DNA of 64,000 nt from an uncultured Planctomycetaceae bacterium (GTDB lineage: Bacteria; Planctomycetota; Planctomycetia; Planctomycetales; Planctomycetaceae). Position 1 is the stretch's first letter. Every line of letters starts with the position of its first letter. A program made the translations under genes and the position numbers. Where the stretch lies: contig CAWFAK010000017.1 of the NCBI GenBank assembly GCA_963813715.1, positions 160,001 to 224,000 on the forward strand, given 5' to 3'. The notes under the pieces are model-generated. The model made no database searches. It was not told the origin of the DNA and saw only the letters and a list, made by a program, of their open reading frames with translations. Of this stretch, positions 21,700 through 33,235 are shown piece by piece.

Positions 21700-22230
21700 A
21701 TGGTCCGGACCTGAGCGGACTGGACCCCGGCCCGTTGATTGACGAAAGTGTCCGGACCGGATGTTTCGGGGCAAGTCCATCCAGTCACGTGCCCAATCGC
21801 GCGTCCAGACCTGAGGCGACTGGACCGGTCCGTTTTATTTCAAGAAAGTGTCCGGACCGGATTCAGGTTTGTCCTTAAGTCTTTTCGCGATTATGGCTTA
21901 ACACCGGTCTAAATGCCGAATTGTTAAGATTAGACCGGACCTCGATGTGGGACCGGCCGGCGAAGTGAACCGGACCCTGAAGCGGACCAGCGAGGTCACG
22001 GGGCGGCACCGCGACCGGACCACACAGTGACCGGACCACACAGTGACCGGACCACACAGTGACCGGACCACACAGTGACCGGACCGAATTAAGCTGTGAC
22101 CGGACGGGATGTGACCGCACCTGCTTCCGCGTCAACTGGGCGCGCACTGGGAACGTCTGCCTGAGCGCGGCGCCCAAATTCCATTCTGCCAGAACGGCGC
22201 ACCGGACCAAGATCAGTTTTAGACCGGACT
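21700..22230. repeat. GACCGGACC-rich non-coding repeat island
   Basis: ~60-bp direct repeat with 100-bp period (21703-21762, 21803-21862); inverted repeat CCGGTCTAA/TTAGACCGG (21904-21938); 4.5 x 16-bp GACCGGACCACACAGT (22013-22085). Confidence 0.88.
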
Positions 22231-22247
22231 CGAGTTCCAAGGGCCGG

Positions 22248-23726
22248 TCACACTTCGGGGACGGCCGGATCTCGCGAGAGTTGGGTCGGCAGGTCGATTC
22301 CTAGCTTGGCCAGGTGGGCGTCCAGTTGGTGGCGGGCCCAGGGGAGTGCACGCTCGGGGACGTCGTCGTAGGCTTTGGCCAAGAGTTGCTCGAACGTCTT
22401 CGCACCTTCGTCGTAGGCGAGTTGGATTTTGGCTTCCCGCCATCGGCGATGGTCGAGCTGCTGCTGGATGAATTCGCGGGGGCGACCAGCCGGGTGACCG
22501 TGGCCGGGAATGAGCAGCTTGCAGTCCAGTTGCAGCAGCCGTTCGAGGCTGTGCATGAAGGATGTCATGTCGCCGCCGTATTTCCGCGAGACGACGATTG
22601 AGCCCGGGTTGGCCACCATGTCCCCCGCCAAGAGGGCCTTCGTGGTTTCTTCCACGAAGCAGAGGTGTCCCGGATCGTGGCCCGGCGTGTGGACGCACCG
22701 TAGCCGCCACTGCGGATCGCGACCGCTCAAGAGGACCTCGCCGTCGGCGAGTGGCCGGTCGATCTTGAACGAGACCTGCGGGGCCACGGCCGGATGGGCC
22801 AGGATCGGCACGCCATAGCGCTGCCGGAGCGCCTCGGCCGAGCACGTGTGGTCGGGGTGCGAATGAGTCAACAGAATCGCCTCGACACGGCCGCCGATCT
22901 CGATCAGGTGGTCGATCTGCCGTTCGAGGTGGGCGGCTTCGGCGGCGTCTCCCGCGCCCGGATCGATGACGTAGAGCGACTCTTCCCCGATGATCAGGCA
23001 GTTGGTGTGGGTGGCCGGCGGGATCGTCGGGCTCCGCACCGGAATCATCGTGACACCGCAGCGGATCTCGAACCAGTTGTGCTGTCCGGGCACGCGCTCG
23101 GTCCCTCGAGCCAAAAGCGGCAAGGCACGCTGTAACCCGACGGCCGCCAGCTGACGGAGGGTGTACGCCACCGGGGTCGAGAGGTGCACGTCGCCGCGAT
23201 GCCACCGCGTGCGGGCCTCTGCCGGCGTGAGCCAATCGAGTCCCACCATCTCACCTTCGATCAACTCCGGCTGCTGCTCGCTGCGGAGATGATAGAGAAA
23301 GTACCGCGTGTCGAAGCGGACGGGTACGAAGTCCGGGGTGAGCCAGTCGCCCGCCGGTTGAAAATCATCGGCGTCGATCGAGAGCGCGTGCTGTGCGAGA
23401 AAGTCGCCAAAACCGAGCTGGCCCTCGATCACGCTGCGGCGGGCTTGCTGAACTTGTTCTCGCGCCGGCAGCGTGCCGCGGACCGTGAGCAGGCCGGTCT
23501 CCTCGAAGACTTCGCGCGCCGCGGCCGCAATGGCCCGCGCTTGGCCTGCGTCCGCCGCATGCGTCACCACGTCGATCCGTTCATCGTCCTGCACGCGGCC
23601 GCCGGGAAAGACGTGATGCCCGGCCATGAATCGCAGAGAGGCATTCCGCCGGCCAAGCAACACCTCTAGCTGGGCGTCGCCGCGCACCAGCACGCAAGCA
23701 GCCGCCCTTCGCGGTTCGGCAGGCAT
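22248..23726 (-). CDS. NUDIX + metallo-beta-lactamase-fold hydrolase fusion
   Basis: VFPGG..AAREVFEETG, RFDTRYF; LTHSHPDH, HTPGHDPGH, LAGD, IPGHG. Confidence 0.92.
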   Translation of the reverse strand: MPAEPRRAAACVLVRGDAQLEVLLGRRNASLRFMAGHHVFPGGRVQDDERIDVVTHAADAGQARAIAAAAREVFEETGLLTVRGTLPAREQVQQARRSVIEGQLGFGDFLAQHALSIDADDFQPAGDWLTPDFVPVRFDTRYFLYHLRSEQQPELIEGEMVGLDWLTPAEARTRWHRGDVHLSTPVAYTLRQLAAVGLQRALPLLARGTERVPGQHNWFEIRCGVTMIPVRSPTIPPATHTNCLIIGEESLYVIDPGAGDAAEAAHLERQIDHLIEIGGRVEAILLTHSHPDHTCSAEALRQRYGVPILAHPAVAPQVSFKIDRPLADGEVLLSGRDPQWRLRCVHTPGHDPGHLCFVEETTKALLAGDMVANPGSIVVSRKYGGDMTSFMHSLERLLQLDCKLLIPGHGHPAGRPREFIQQQLDHRRWREAKIQLAYDEGAKTFEQLLAKAYDDVPERALPWARHQLDAHLAKLGIDLPTQLSRDPAVPEV

Positions 23727-23847
23727 CGGACTTGTTTCTCCTCAATTCGGCCGTGCGAGATGTGCGAGCCTTCGCTCAAATTCTAACGATCAACCAGCGA
23801 TCGTGACGCTTGGTTTTCAATTTGGCTGCTTACCGGGCTCTCGTCGC

Positions 23848-23895
23848 TTGACCGCGAAGAGACACTGCGTCTATACTTAAAGACAACATGTCTTT
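23848..23895 (+). promoter_or_regulatory. Promoter with two candidate BlaI-family operators
   Basis: TTGACC-18bp-TATACT; AGAC-N5-GTCT at 23860-23872 and AAAGACA-aca-TGTCTTT at 23879-23895. Confidence 0.7.
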
Positions 23896-23921
23896 GATGG
23901 GTCTTTTTTGAGGCACTGCTG

Positions 23922-24305
23922 GTGAAAATCGCCGCCGTTTCCGACGCCGAACTGAGCGTCCTGCAAGTGTTGTGGGACTGGGGACGCCTGACCACGCGGC
24001 AAATCGCGCGGCAGCTTTATCCCAAGCAGACCGCGTCCGATCTGGCGACGGTGCAGAAGCTGGTTTCCCGACTCGAGACCAAGGGGCTGGTGGAACGCGA
24101 TCGCTCCTCGTTCGCCCACACGATTGCGCCGCTCATCGATCGCGACCGATTTGCCGCGGCCCAACTGGCGGAAGGCGCGGCGAAGTTGACTCGCGGTTCG
24201 TTGGGCTCGCTGTTGGTCCATCTCGTTGAATCGGCCCAGCTCTCGCCAGAGGAGCTGGATGAAATTCGCAAACTGATCGACAAGCATCGCAAGAAACGCC
24301 ATTGA
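23922..24305 (+). CDS. BlaI/MecI/CopY family repressor
   Basis: SDAELSVLQVLW, TVQKLVSRLETKGLVER, LSPEELDEIRKLI. Confidence 0.93.
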   Translation: MKIAAVSDAELSVLQVLWDWGRLTTRQIARQLYPKQTASDLATVQKLVSRLETKGLVERDRSSFAHTIAPLIDRDRFAAAQLAEGAAKLTRGSLGSLLVHLVESAQLSPEELDEIRKLIDKHRKKRH

Positions 24306-24315
24306 AGGAGGTCGT

Positions 24316-27300
24316 ATGTCCTCCCAGCTGCTCGAAATCGGGATTACGAACGCGATTTTCGCGCTGCTCATCGCGACGATCGTGGTGCTGATCGCGCGCT
24401 GGCGGCCCAACGTCCACTGGGAAGCCGTCCTTTGGCTCGTGGTGCTGATCAGATTTGTGATGCCGCCGGTGGTTCCCTTCTCCGTCGCTCTCCCGGCGTT
24501 GGCCTCGACCGAAGGCCAGCCGACTGCGTTGATTCCCGACGAAGCCGAGGCAACTCAGACTTCGCTGCGGACGGCGGCAGAGAGTGCGATCGAGATCCCG
24601 GCGGCATCTGGGGAGCACGTCGCCTCGAGCCCGCCGGGTGGATCGCAGGCTGCGGCGCGGCTGCCGGCCGCTCCCGAGATCGCGTCAAATTCTCCGTCGC
24701 AGGCGACTCCTCCCCAGCACTCCATGGCCACTGTGAAGAGTTGGTTACTGTCGCGGTGGACGGTCGACAGTCTCGCCCGCATCGGCCTCGTCTGGATTTG
24801 GCTGGGCGGGGCCTGCCTGGCGGCGGGGATGCTGCTCTTCCGGGCTTATCGGTTTCACCGGTTTATTGGCGGCCGAGCGACGAGCGCGCCCGACGACGAA
24901 TTACAGTCCGCCTGCCGTCAAATGTGCCAGGCCACAGGAATCCGCCGCAATCCTGGGTTGCGCGTCGTCGATGCCGAGATTTCGCCGCTGATTTGGAGTT
25001 GGTTCGGGCGGCCGATTGTCTTGTTGCCGCGAGCGTTGATGCGAACGCTCACCGTCGAACAACGCTCGATGGTGCTCGCTCACGAGCTGGCCCATATTCG
25101 CCGGCACGATCACCGCGTCCGCTGGCTCGAGGCGTTCGTGCAGTGCGCGTACTGGTGGTTGCCGCCGGTGCGCTGGATTCGCGGGCGGCTGCACACGGCG
25201 CAGGAGCACTGCTGCGACGCGTGGGTGATCGCCAACTTCCCTGGTCGACAGGTGGAATACTGCGACGCGCTGCTCGCCGCCGCAGGTTGGCTCGCGCCGG
25301 TCCGTCGCTCGCCGTTGCTAGCGACTGAATTCGGCCGCAGCTCCGCACTCAAGCAGAGGGTTCAGGTCGTGCTGCACCAAAGTCTCCCGCGGCCGCTCAC
25401 GAACCGGGGGCGGAGCCTGTGCCTGGCGGCCGGATTGCTGCTCCTGGCGATCTCGGTGCGTTGGGTCATCGCCGCGCCAAAAGACCCGCCGCTGGCGAAG
25501 AGCGAACCCGCCCAATCGACGACGCCGGTATCGACACAGTTCCTGGTGACCGATCCGCAGGGACGGCCGATTGCGAAAGGCGAGGCCAAGGTGCGGGGCA
25601 ACACGCGGATGGGCGATTTTTTCGAGGACACGTACCCCATCGAACAGGGAAAGGCGGTCATTCCGTTCAAGAGCCGAGAGCTCGATCAGATGACGATTCA
25701 GCTCGACTCGGCGGGATATCTGTCGCATTTCAAAGAGTATCGCCGGGCGAAGGACCAACCTTTCTTCGCGGTGCCCGACCACTACGCGTTTCAGTTGAAA
25801 CCGGGGGTCAAGATCGGCGGCAAAGTCGTCGACGCCGACGGGCGGCCGGTGGCCAACGCGTGGGTCTATGCGTATTCGCCCACGGCAGCGACCATCGAGG
25901 CCGGCTTCGACGCTCTCGATCAGACGGTCTACACGAACGCGGCCGGCGAATGGCAGATGTCGGGCGCACCGGCGGAGCTCGGACAATTGGGCCTGATGAT
26001 CGAGCGCGAAAAAGGTGCGGCTGCGGGCCTCAGCCTGAGCGTCCCGCGTGACCAGATTCCGGGATTGAAAGCGTTCACCGATGTGCGTCGGTTGCCGCCC
26101 GCCGCGGCCGCGTCGGGCATCGTCGTCGATCCCGCTGGCAAACCGGTTTCCGGCGCGATGGTGCTCCTGACAGGCCGAAATTTCTACCGGGACTACCCCG
26201 ACGACATTCCAAGGACGGATGCGAAGGGCGCGTTTTCGATGACCGCCATCTCACCCGGCCTGCACGCGGCGACGATCTTTTCGTTCGATTGGGCCCTCCA
26301 GTCCGTCAAGTTCTCGGTGCCGCTCAAGGAGCCCCTGCGAATCGTTTTGAAAAAGGGTCAGCGCGTCGAATTTCATACGGTCGACGAGCAAGGAGAACCT
26401 GTTGCGGGAGTTCGCTTTCATCCGCAGCCGCCGCAAGAGGGTACTTATGAGGGCGACGCGCAGGTGCTCGACTTTCTGGGCAATCGGGACCTGATCAAGA
26501 ACCGGTCGGACGCGCGAGGCGTCTTCGTCTGGCAAAACGCGCCGAGTCAGCCGCTCGGTTACCAGATCTACTCACCCGGTGTGCTCACGTTGCCCGCGGG
26601 CGATTATGGCCCGGCCGGATCGCCCCATACGCTGGTCTTCCGCAGCCGGATTCCGGTGCATGCCAAGGTCGTCGATGCGGCCAGTGGCGAACCGATCAAG
26701 AATTTCCAGATTTACGAAGGGACCCACTTCAAAGCGAATCGGCCCGACCTTTGGTCGTGGGAACTGCAGCGGCCCTCCTCACGCGCGAAGCCGGGCGGCT
26801 TTGACGATTCCTTGAAGGGATTGGAACGAACGATTCGCTTTCGGATCCAAGCCGAAGGCTATCGGCCGAGCGTCTCGGAGGTGCTCGACGCCGAAAAGCA
26901 CTCAGCCGAGCCGGTATCGATTGAATTTCGCTTGGTGAAAGACAGCGGATATTCGGCCGTGGTCCGCACGCCCGATGGTCAGCCGGCGGCGGGGGCGAAA
27001 GTCTACACGGTCACGAAACGCCGCAACGATTATCAGTTCTTCGAGGTCGTTGGCGGAGTCGCGAATCAGTCGACGGCCACGACGTTCACCACCGCGGACG
27101 TCGAGGGAGAAATCCATATTGCTCCCAGCGTCGATCCCTTCATTTGCTTCATCACCCACGACTCGGGCTACGCCGAATTGATGGACGTGGACTTGTTCAA
27201 GAGCGGCAAGATCTCGCTGGTGCCGTGGGCCAAAGTTGACGGAGTGCTTTGGAGAGGGGGAAAGCCGGCCGCGCATCTTGCGGTCCAATTCAACCAATCG

Positions 27301-27902
27301 AACCCCCTCCAGTTCCAATCCTCACTTCCGGGAATCAGCTATTTCAACAACACCACCACCGATGTCGACGGAAAGTACCGGTTCGATCGCTGCGTTGCGG
27401 GGGAGTGGAACGAAACCTTCGTGTACCATCCACGCGCTCCGGTTCCTGGTCGACGCAGTTCAACGATGAGACAACGCTGTGGATGACCTTGTCGCCCGGA
27501 CAGATCGTCTCGCAGCACCTTGGAAAAGAGGGAACCGAGGTGCGCGGTCGTGTCTCTTTGCCGAAGGGGGCGACCATCGATTGGAGTCAGAGCCGCGCCG
27601 CGATGATGTGTTGGGAACAAAGGACGCCGCCTGACGCGACAACGAAGCTGCCGAGAAATTTCCAGCGAATCGCACGGCGCCGGGATCTCCTGACGCTCAA
27701 ACCGGACGGCTCTTTCGATTTCGTCAACGTGGAGCCCGCGGACTACGAGTTGAATCTGAGTGTGGTTGCACCGGGAGACCAGTGGTATCGGCCGAAGTAT
27801 TCCAAGAAAATGACGATCACGCGCGCGATGTTCCTCGGTAAAACGCCGGCGAACCCGATCGACTTGGGCGACATTCCGCTCAGTGCCGCGGCCCGCCGCT
27901 AG
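24316..27902 (+). CDS. BlaR1-like M56 peptidase with carboxypeptidase-regulatory-like beta repeats (frameshift near 27450)
   Basis: LAHELAHIRRHD, YWWLP, QEHCCD; repeated G.VVD..G.PV..A.V domains; tail in ORF 27249-27902. Confidence 0.9.
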
Positions 27903-28012
27903 TCATCGCTTGCCGCCCTGCCTCCCTTTCGCATGCCAATCTGTTACGTATTAATTACGGCCGCGCAGAAAGAGCGCGGCAGTCGTGACATCGGCAAAGG
28001 CGAGGTGGGGGA

Positions 28013-29294
28013 ATGGCGGAGTGGAGTCGTGAGGCGGCGCGGGCACTCGATGCGGCCGACGCTTTACGCGCCGTTGCGCAAGCTGTTCTATCTGCGCCCC
28101 GGGCTGCTTTATTTCAATGGGAATTCGCTGGGCTTGTTGTCCCGGCCGGCTGAGGAGGCCGTGCGCGAGGTGTTGGACGTCTGGCGGTCGGTCGCGGTCG
28201 ATGGCTGGTTTACCGGTCCCAACGCGTGGCTGGGGATGATGGAAAAAGCCTCCGCGCAAATCGCGCCGTTGATTGGGGCTGAGCCGCGCGAAGTGACTGT
28301 CGCCAATTCGACCACGATCAATCTGCATCAGTTGCTGTCGACGCTGTTTCGGCCGACCGAGACCCGGCGAAAGATTCTGGTCGACGAAACCGTCTTTTGC
28401 TCCGATCTCTACGCGATTCGCAGCCACCTGGCGCTGCGGGGGCTCGACCCCGTCGGCGACCTGGTCATGGTGCCGACGGTCGACGGGGTGCTGTTGTCGG
28501 AAGAGATGTTGATCGACCGCATGGAGGACGACGTCGCCTGCGTGGTCTTGCCGTCGGTCGTCTACCACACGGGGCAGCTGTTGGACATGCCGCGATTGAC
28601 GGCCGCCGCGCGGCAGCGCGAGATCCTGATCGGCTTTGATTGCAGTCACTCGATTGGCTGCGTGCGGCACGAGTTGAGCCGCTGGGGAGCCGACTTCGCC
28701 TTTTGGGGCAACTACAAGTACTTGAACGGCGGGCCGGGGGCGGTCGGCGGGCTCTATCTCAATCGCCGCCATTTCGGCCGCGCTCCCGGCCTGGCGGGCT
28801 GGTTCGGCGGCAGCAAGGATCGCCTGCTGGAGATGCCCGCGCAGTTCGACCCGGCCCGCGATGCCGAGGCACTGCAGATTTCCACGCCGTTTGTACTGAG
28901 CTTGGCGCCCGTGTTGGGCTCGCTGTCGATCATCGCGCAGGCGGGGATCGAAGCGCTGCGTGCCCGGTCGCTCCGGCTCAACGGCCTGTTGATCGACTTG
29001 TTCGATACGCGGCTCGCGCGACGCGGCGTGTCGTTGATCACTCCCCGCGAGGACAAACGTCGCGGCGGCCATGTGTCGCTGGCTCATCCCCGGGCGGAGG
29101 AACTCTGCAGCCGACTGCACGAGGTCCAGGTGATTGCCGACTTTCGCCATCCGGACCGGCTCCGCCTGTGCCCTAGCCCGCTGTACACCTCTTTTGAGGA
29201 CTGCTTCGAGGTGATCGAGCGGCTCGAATCGATCTTCGACGGCCTGGAAGCGTCGGGCACGAGCCCACGACCGGACCGGTCGATCACGGGCTGA
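28013..29294 (+). CDS. kynU: Kynureninase (frameshift near 28067)
   Basis: True N-terminus MAEWSREAARALDAADAL from ATG 28013 in another frame; YFNGNSLG, FDCSHSIG, YKYLNGGPG, GWFG, RRGGHVS. Confidence 0.9.
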
Positions 29295-29473
29295 CGACCG
29301 CAGCGCGGGATCAGCGCGGATTGGTGCCATGGCCAGCCGGCTGCTATTTTGAACGCATCCCGTCTCGCAAACGACTTGATTCCGAGTTCGTCATGTCCGG
29401 TTCCGATCACCTGCCGCCGCAGAGAGTGCCGCGCCAGCCGCCGCAGATGACCCCTGGGCGGGCACCGCCCCAG

Positions 29474-30034
29474 ATGAGTGAGGTCACGCGGCTCCTCTCC
29501 GCGATCGAGGCTGGCGATCCGAGTGCCGCGGAACAGCTCCTGCCGCTGGTTTACCAAGAATTGCGACGCCTGGCCGCACAGCGAGTCTCCCTGGAAAAAC
29601 CTGGACAAACGCTGCAAGCGACGGCCCTCGTGCACGAGGCTTACCTGCGGCTGATCGGAGGCGATGCGCCGACCCGCTGGGACGGCCGCGGCCATTTCTT
29701 CGCGGCCGCGGCCGAGGCGATGCGGCGGATCCTGATCGATCAAGCGCGGCGGAAAAAGAGCGCCAAGGCGGGTGGCCAGTTACAGCGAGTGGACCTCGAC
29801 GATCGCTTGTTCGCGCCGGCCGATGATCCGGACCCCGATGAACTGCTGGCGCTCGACGCGGCCCTCGAGCAATTCGAGCGAGAGGATCCCCTCAAGGCCC
29901 GCCTCGTCAAATTGCGGTATTTCGCCGGGTTATCGATCCCCGATGCGGCCGCCGCCCTGGGAATTTCCCCGGCCACCGCCAAGCGGCATTGGGTTTACGC
30001 CCGTTCCTGGCTGTTTGGGAAGGTGCGAAAATAG
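29474..30034 (+). CDS. ECF-type sigma-70 factor (planctomycete kinase-associated type)
   Basis: MSEVTRLL, LLPLVYQELRRLA, TLQATALVHEAYLRL, HFFAAAAEAMRRILID, LRYFAGL. Confidence 0.95.
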   Translation: MSEVTRLLSAIEAGDPSAAEQLLPLVYQELRRLAAQRVSLEKPGQTLQATALVHEAYLRLIGGDAPTRWDGRGHFFAAAAEAMRRILIDQARRKKSAKAGGQLQRVDLDDRLFAPADDPDPDELLALDAALEQFEREDPLKARLVKLRYFAGLSIPDAAAALGISPATAKRHWVYARSWLFGKVRK

Positions 30035-30106
30035 AGCAATCCGCCAAAATCTGTGAGCCGGCCGGGCGCGGTTTACGCATTGATTAGGGACGGACTCCGG
30101 AGAAGA

Positions 30107-32383
30107 GTGGCCATCGAGACAAAAGTGCCCAATATCGAGAGTATTCTGGCCTCCGCCGTCGAAATCTCGGCGGTCGAAGAGCGGCAGAGGTACGTCGAGC
30201 ACTGTTGCGGCGGCGACGAGTCCCTTCGAGCCCGCGTGCAAGAGCTGATCGAGAATCACTTTCGTGCCGGCAGCTTTCTGGAATCCCCGGCCGCCGGCTT
30301 TGCCGCCACCATCGACCTGGCAATTACGCCGGAAACCCCCGGCACGGTGATTGGGCCGTACAAGCTGCTGCAGCAAATCGGCGAAGGGGGGATGGGCGCG
30401 GTCTACATGGCCGAGCAGACGCAGCCGGTGCAGCGCAAAGTCGCCCTCAAGCTGATGAAGCCGGGCATGGACGGTCGCCAGGTGCTGGCCCGCTTCGAGG
30501 CGGAGCGCCAGGCGTTGGCCCTGATGGATCACCCCAATATCGCGAAGGTGCTCGACGCCGGTTCTGCCGGGGGCGACATCACGCGCGGCGGTTCGGGCCG
30601 ACCCTACTTCGTGATGGAGCTGGTCAAGGGGATACCGATCACCCGCTACTGCGACGAGCAGCACCTTACGCCGCGGGAGCGTTTGCAGCTCTTCGTCCCC
30701 GTCTGCCAGGCCGTGCAGCACGCGCACCAGAAAGGAATCATTCACCGCGATCTCAAGCCAACGAACGTGATGGTGTGCCTCTACGACGACCGACCCGTGC
30801 CGAAAGTGATCGACTTCGGGCTTGCCAAGGCCGCGGGCATCAAGCTCACCGAACGGACGCTGTTCACCGAGTTCGGATCGATCGTCGGCACGCTCGAGTA
30901 CATGAGTCCCGAGCAGGCCAAGCTTAATCAGCTTGATATCGATACTCGCAGCGACGTTTACTCGCTGGGCGTGCTGTTGTACGAGCTGCTCACCGGGACG
31001 ACGCCCTTGCGGAAGGAGCGTTTTCAGGACACGGCCGTCCTGGAAGTGCTGCGGCTCATTCGCGAGGAAGAGCCGCAGCGACCGAGCGTCCGGCTGAGCA
31101 CGATCAAAGGGCTGCCGGCGGTCGCCGCTAATCGCGGCTTGGAGCCGAGCGAGCTCAGCGGGCTCGTTCGCGGCGAGCTCGACTGGATCGTGATGAAGGC
31201 GCTGGAGAAAGATCGCAATCGCCGCTACGAGACGGCCAACGAAATGGCCCTCGATATCGAGCGATTCCTGCACGACGAGTTGGTGCGGGCCTGTCCCCCG
31301 TCGGCCGGGTATCGCCTCTACAAGTTCGTGCATCGGAACCGCGGCACAGTTCTGGCGGCGTGCCTGCTCTTGCTGGCGCTCCTGGCAGGTATGGTCGGCA
31401 CGACGGTCGGCTTGCTGCAGGCGAAGGCCTCGGCCAAGGCCGAAAGCCTCGCGCTGGTGGACGCGCGGACCAAGCAGAAGCTCGCGGAGGAGGCGATCGC
31501 CGGCGAGGAGGCACGATTTGCGTTGGCCCGGCGTCTGGCCGACGAGATGATCCAAATCGCCGAGGAAGAAACGGCTGAGGGACGCGGGCAGCAGCAACGT
31601 TTGCGCCGCCGTCTGTTGGAATCGGCCGTGGCCTACTACCAGGAATTCATCGAATTGCGGCGGGACAATCCCGGCGCTCAAGCCGACCTGGAATCGACCC
31701 GCAATCACGTGCAGGCGATCCTGGCCGACCTCACGCTGATGCGCGACGCCTATCGACATTTGCTGCTGACCGACCGCGCCGTGCAAGACGAATTGAAGCT
31801 GTCGCCCGAGACGCGCACGCGGCTGGCAACCGTGCTGAGCGATATTCGAGACGTTCCGCCCGGTTCGCCGCCGCGTCGGGAGCCCCCGCCCGGCAGCGGC
31901 GACGACCGGTCGGGTCAATTGCTCCGCGAGATGCGGACGCACGAAACGGCCATCGGGACGATTCTCTCCCCCACGCAACTCACTCGCTTGGCGCAAATCG
32001 CCTTGCAGGTCCGCGGCGTGGAGGCGTTGCAGGAGCCGGAGGTCGTCACGGCGCTCAACCTCACGCACGAACAACGGACGCAGCTGCGCTCGCTGTGCGG
32101 ACCTCATCCGGGCCGACATCATGGGCCCGGCCGCGACGCGGATTCGGGACCCGTTTCTCCGCCGCGCGGCGTTTCCCTCGCCAATCACGACGGCAAGCAC
32201 GGCGACACGCCCCCCTGGCGGGGACCCGGGCATCATCGCGAAGCGGACCTGTCGAAGGCGCTCGCACTGCTCAGTCCCGAGCAACTGGCCCGCTGGCAGG
32301 AAATGACCGGACCTCGCTTCGCGGGCCTCAACGATCTATCCCATTCGCGGGGTCACGAGGGACCGCGCGACGATGTTCACTAG
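30107..32383 (+). CDS. Membrane Ser/Thr kinase with C-terminal LTxxQ-like helical repeats
   Basis: IGEGGMGAVY, HRDLKPTN, DFGLA, YMSPEQ; TM VLAACLLLLALLAG; LNLTHEQR, LLSPEQ. Confidence 0.92.
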   Translation: MAIETKVPNIESILASAVEISAVEERQRYVEHCCGGDESLRARVQELIENHFRAGSFLESPAAGFAATIDLAITPETPGTVIGPYKLLQQIGEGGMGAVYMAEQTQPVQRKVALKLMKPGMDGRQVLARFEAERQALALMDHPNIAKVLDAGSAGGDITRGGSGRPYFVMELVKGIPITRYCDEQHLTPRERLQLFVPVCQAVQHAHQKGIIHRDLKPTNVMVCLYDDRPVPKVIDFGLAKAAGIKLTERTLFTEFGSIVGTLEYMSPEQAKLNQLDIDTRSDVYSLGVLLYELLTGTTPLRKERFQDTAVLEVLRLIREEEPQRPSVRLSTIKGLPAVAANRGLEPSELSGLVRGELDWIVMKALEKDRNRRYETANEMALDIERFLHDELVRACPPSAGYRLYKFVHRNRGTVLAACLLLLALLAGMVGTTVGLLQAKASAKAESLALVDARTKQKLAEEAIAGEEARFALARRLADEMIQIAEEETAEGRGQQQRLRRRLLESAVAYYQEFIELRRDNPGAQADLESTRNHVQAILADLTLMRDAYRHLLLTDRAVQDELKLSPETRTRLATVLSDIRDVPPGSPPRREPPPGSGDDRSGQLLREMRTHETAIGTILSPTQLTRLAQIALQVRGVEALQEPEVVTALNLTHEQRTQLRSLCGPHPGRHHGPGRDADSGPVSPPRGVSLANHDGKHGDTPPWRGPGHHREADLSKALALLSPEQLARWQEMTGPRFAGLNDLSHSRGHEGPRDDVH

Positions 32384-32418
32384 GCGAATTCACCCGCACT
32401 ACCAACGGAGAGCACGTG

Positions 32419-33118
32419 ATGAATCCGATCGACGGCATTTTGAGCCGACGCAGCCTGTTGCGCGGCGCGGTGGCCTTGGGGGCTTCGACCCTGTTTGTTC
32501 GCGGTGCCTACGCGGAGGAACTCGCCCAAACGCCGAGTCTGACTGAGGGACCGTTTTATCCACCCAAGCTGCCGCTCGACACCGATAATGATCTGCTCGT
32601 GATCAACGACAACATTACGCCCGCCGTCGGCGAGGTGACTCATCTCACCGGGCGCATTCTCACTGCCGAGCGGCGAGCCGATGCGGAACGTCGTCGTCGA
32701 AATCTGGCAGTGCGACGCGAAGGGCGTTTACATCGCCCAGGAGGACGGCGAAGGGAAGGACGCGAACTTCCAGGGGTTCGGCCGTTTTCTCACCAGCTCG
32801 ACCGGCGAGTATTACTTCCGCACGATCAAGCCGGTCCCCTACCCCGGCCGCACGCCGCACATTCATGTGAAGATCAAGAAGGGGGACCGCGAGCTGCTCA
32901 CCACGCAGTTCTTCATCAACGGTCACCCGCAGAATCGCAGCGACGGGATCTTTATGGGTGCCGGCGGGCCGTTGGAGCGGGAGCTGGTGCTCGTCGACTT
33001 CAAGCCGATCAAGGACTCGAAGATCGGCGAGCTGGCGGCCCGTATGGACGTTGTGCTCGGTCGCACGCCGGCAGAAGCCCCGCACGACGAACCGCGTCCG
33101 CGCCGAGGACGCCCCTAA
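32419..33118 (+). CDS. Tat-exported intradiol ring-cleavage dioxygenase-like protein (frameshift near 32670)
   Basis: SRRSLL Tat motif; EGPFYP, VEIWQCDAKGVY, YPGRTPHIH. Confidence 0.88.
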
Positions 33119-33235
33119 ACTCTGCCAATTTGTCGTTATCTCTGCATCGCTCTCTCTGAGCTGAGTCAGCCCGTGACCAACTCGGGACCGCCTCGGAAAC
33201 CGAATATTCGCCGATCACTCGGAAGGAAACGCCTC

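Noticed and set aside
22013..22085. Possible CRISPR array
   Set aside because: The 16-bp units are contiguous with no unique spacers, and there are no cas genes
22248..23726. Antibiotic-resistance metallo-beta-lactamase
   Set aside because: No signal peptide; the NUDIX fusion points to a housekeeping MBL-fold hydrolase
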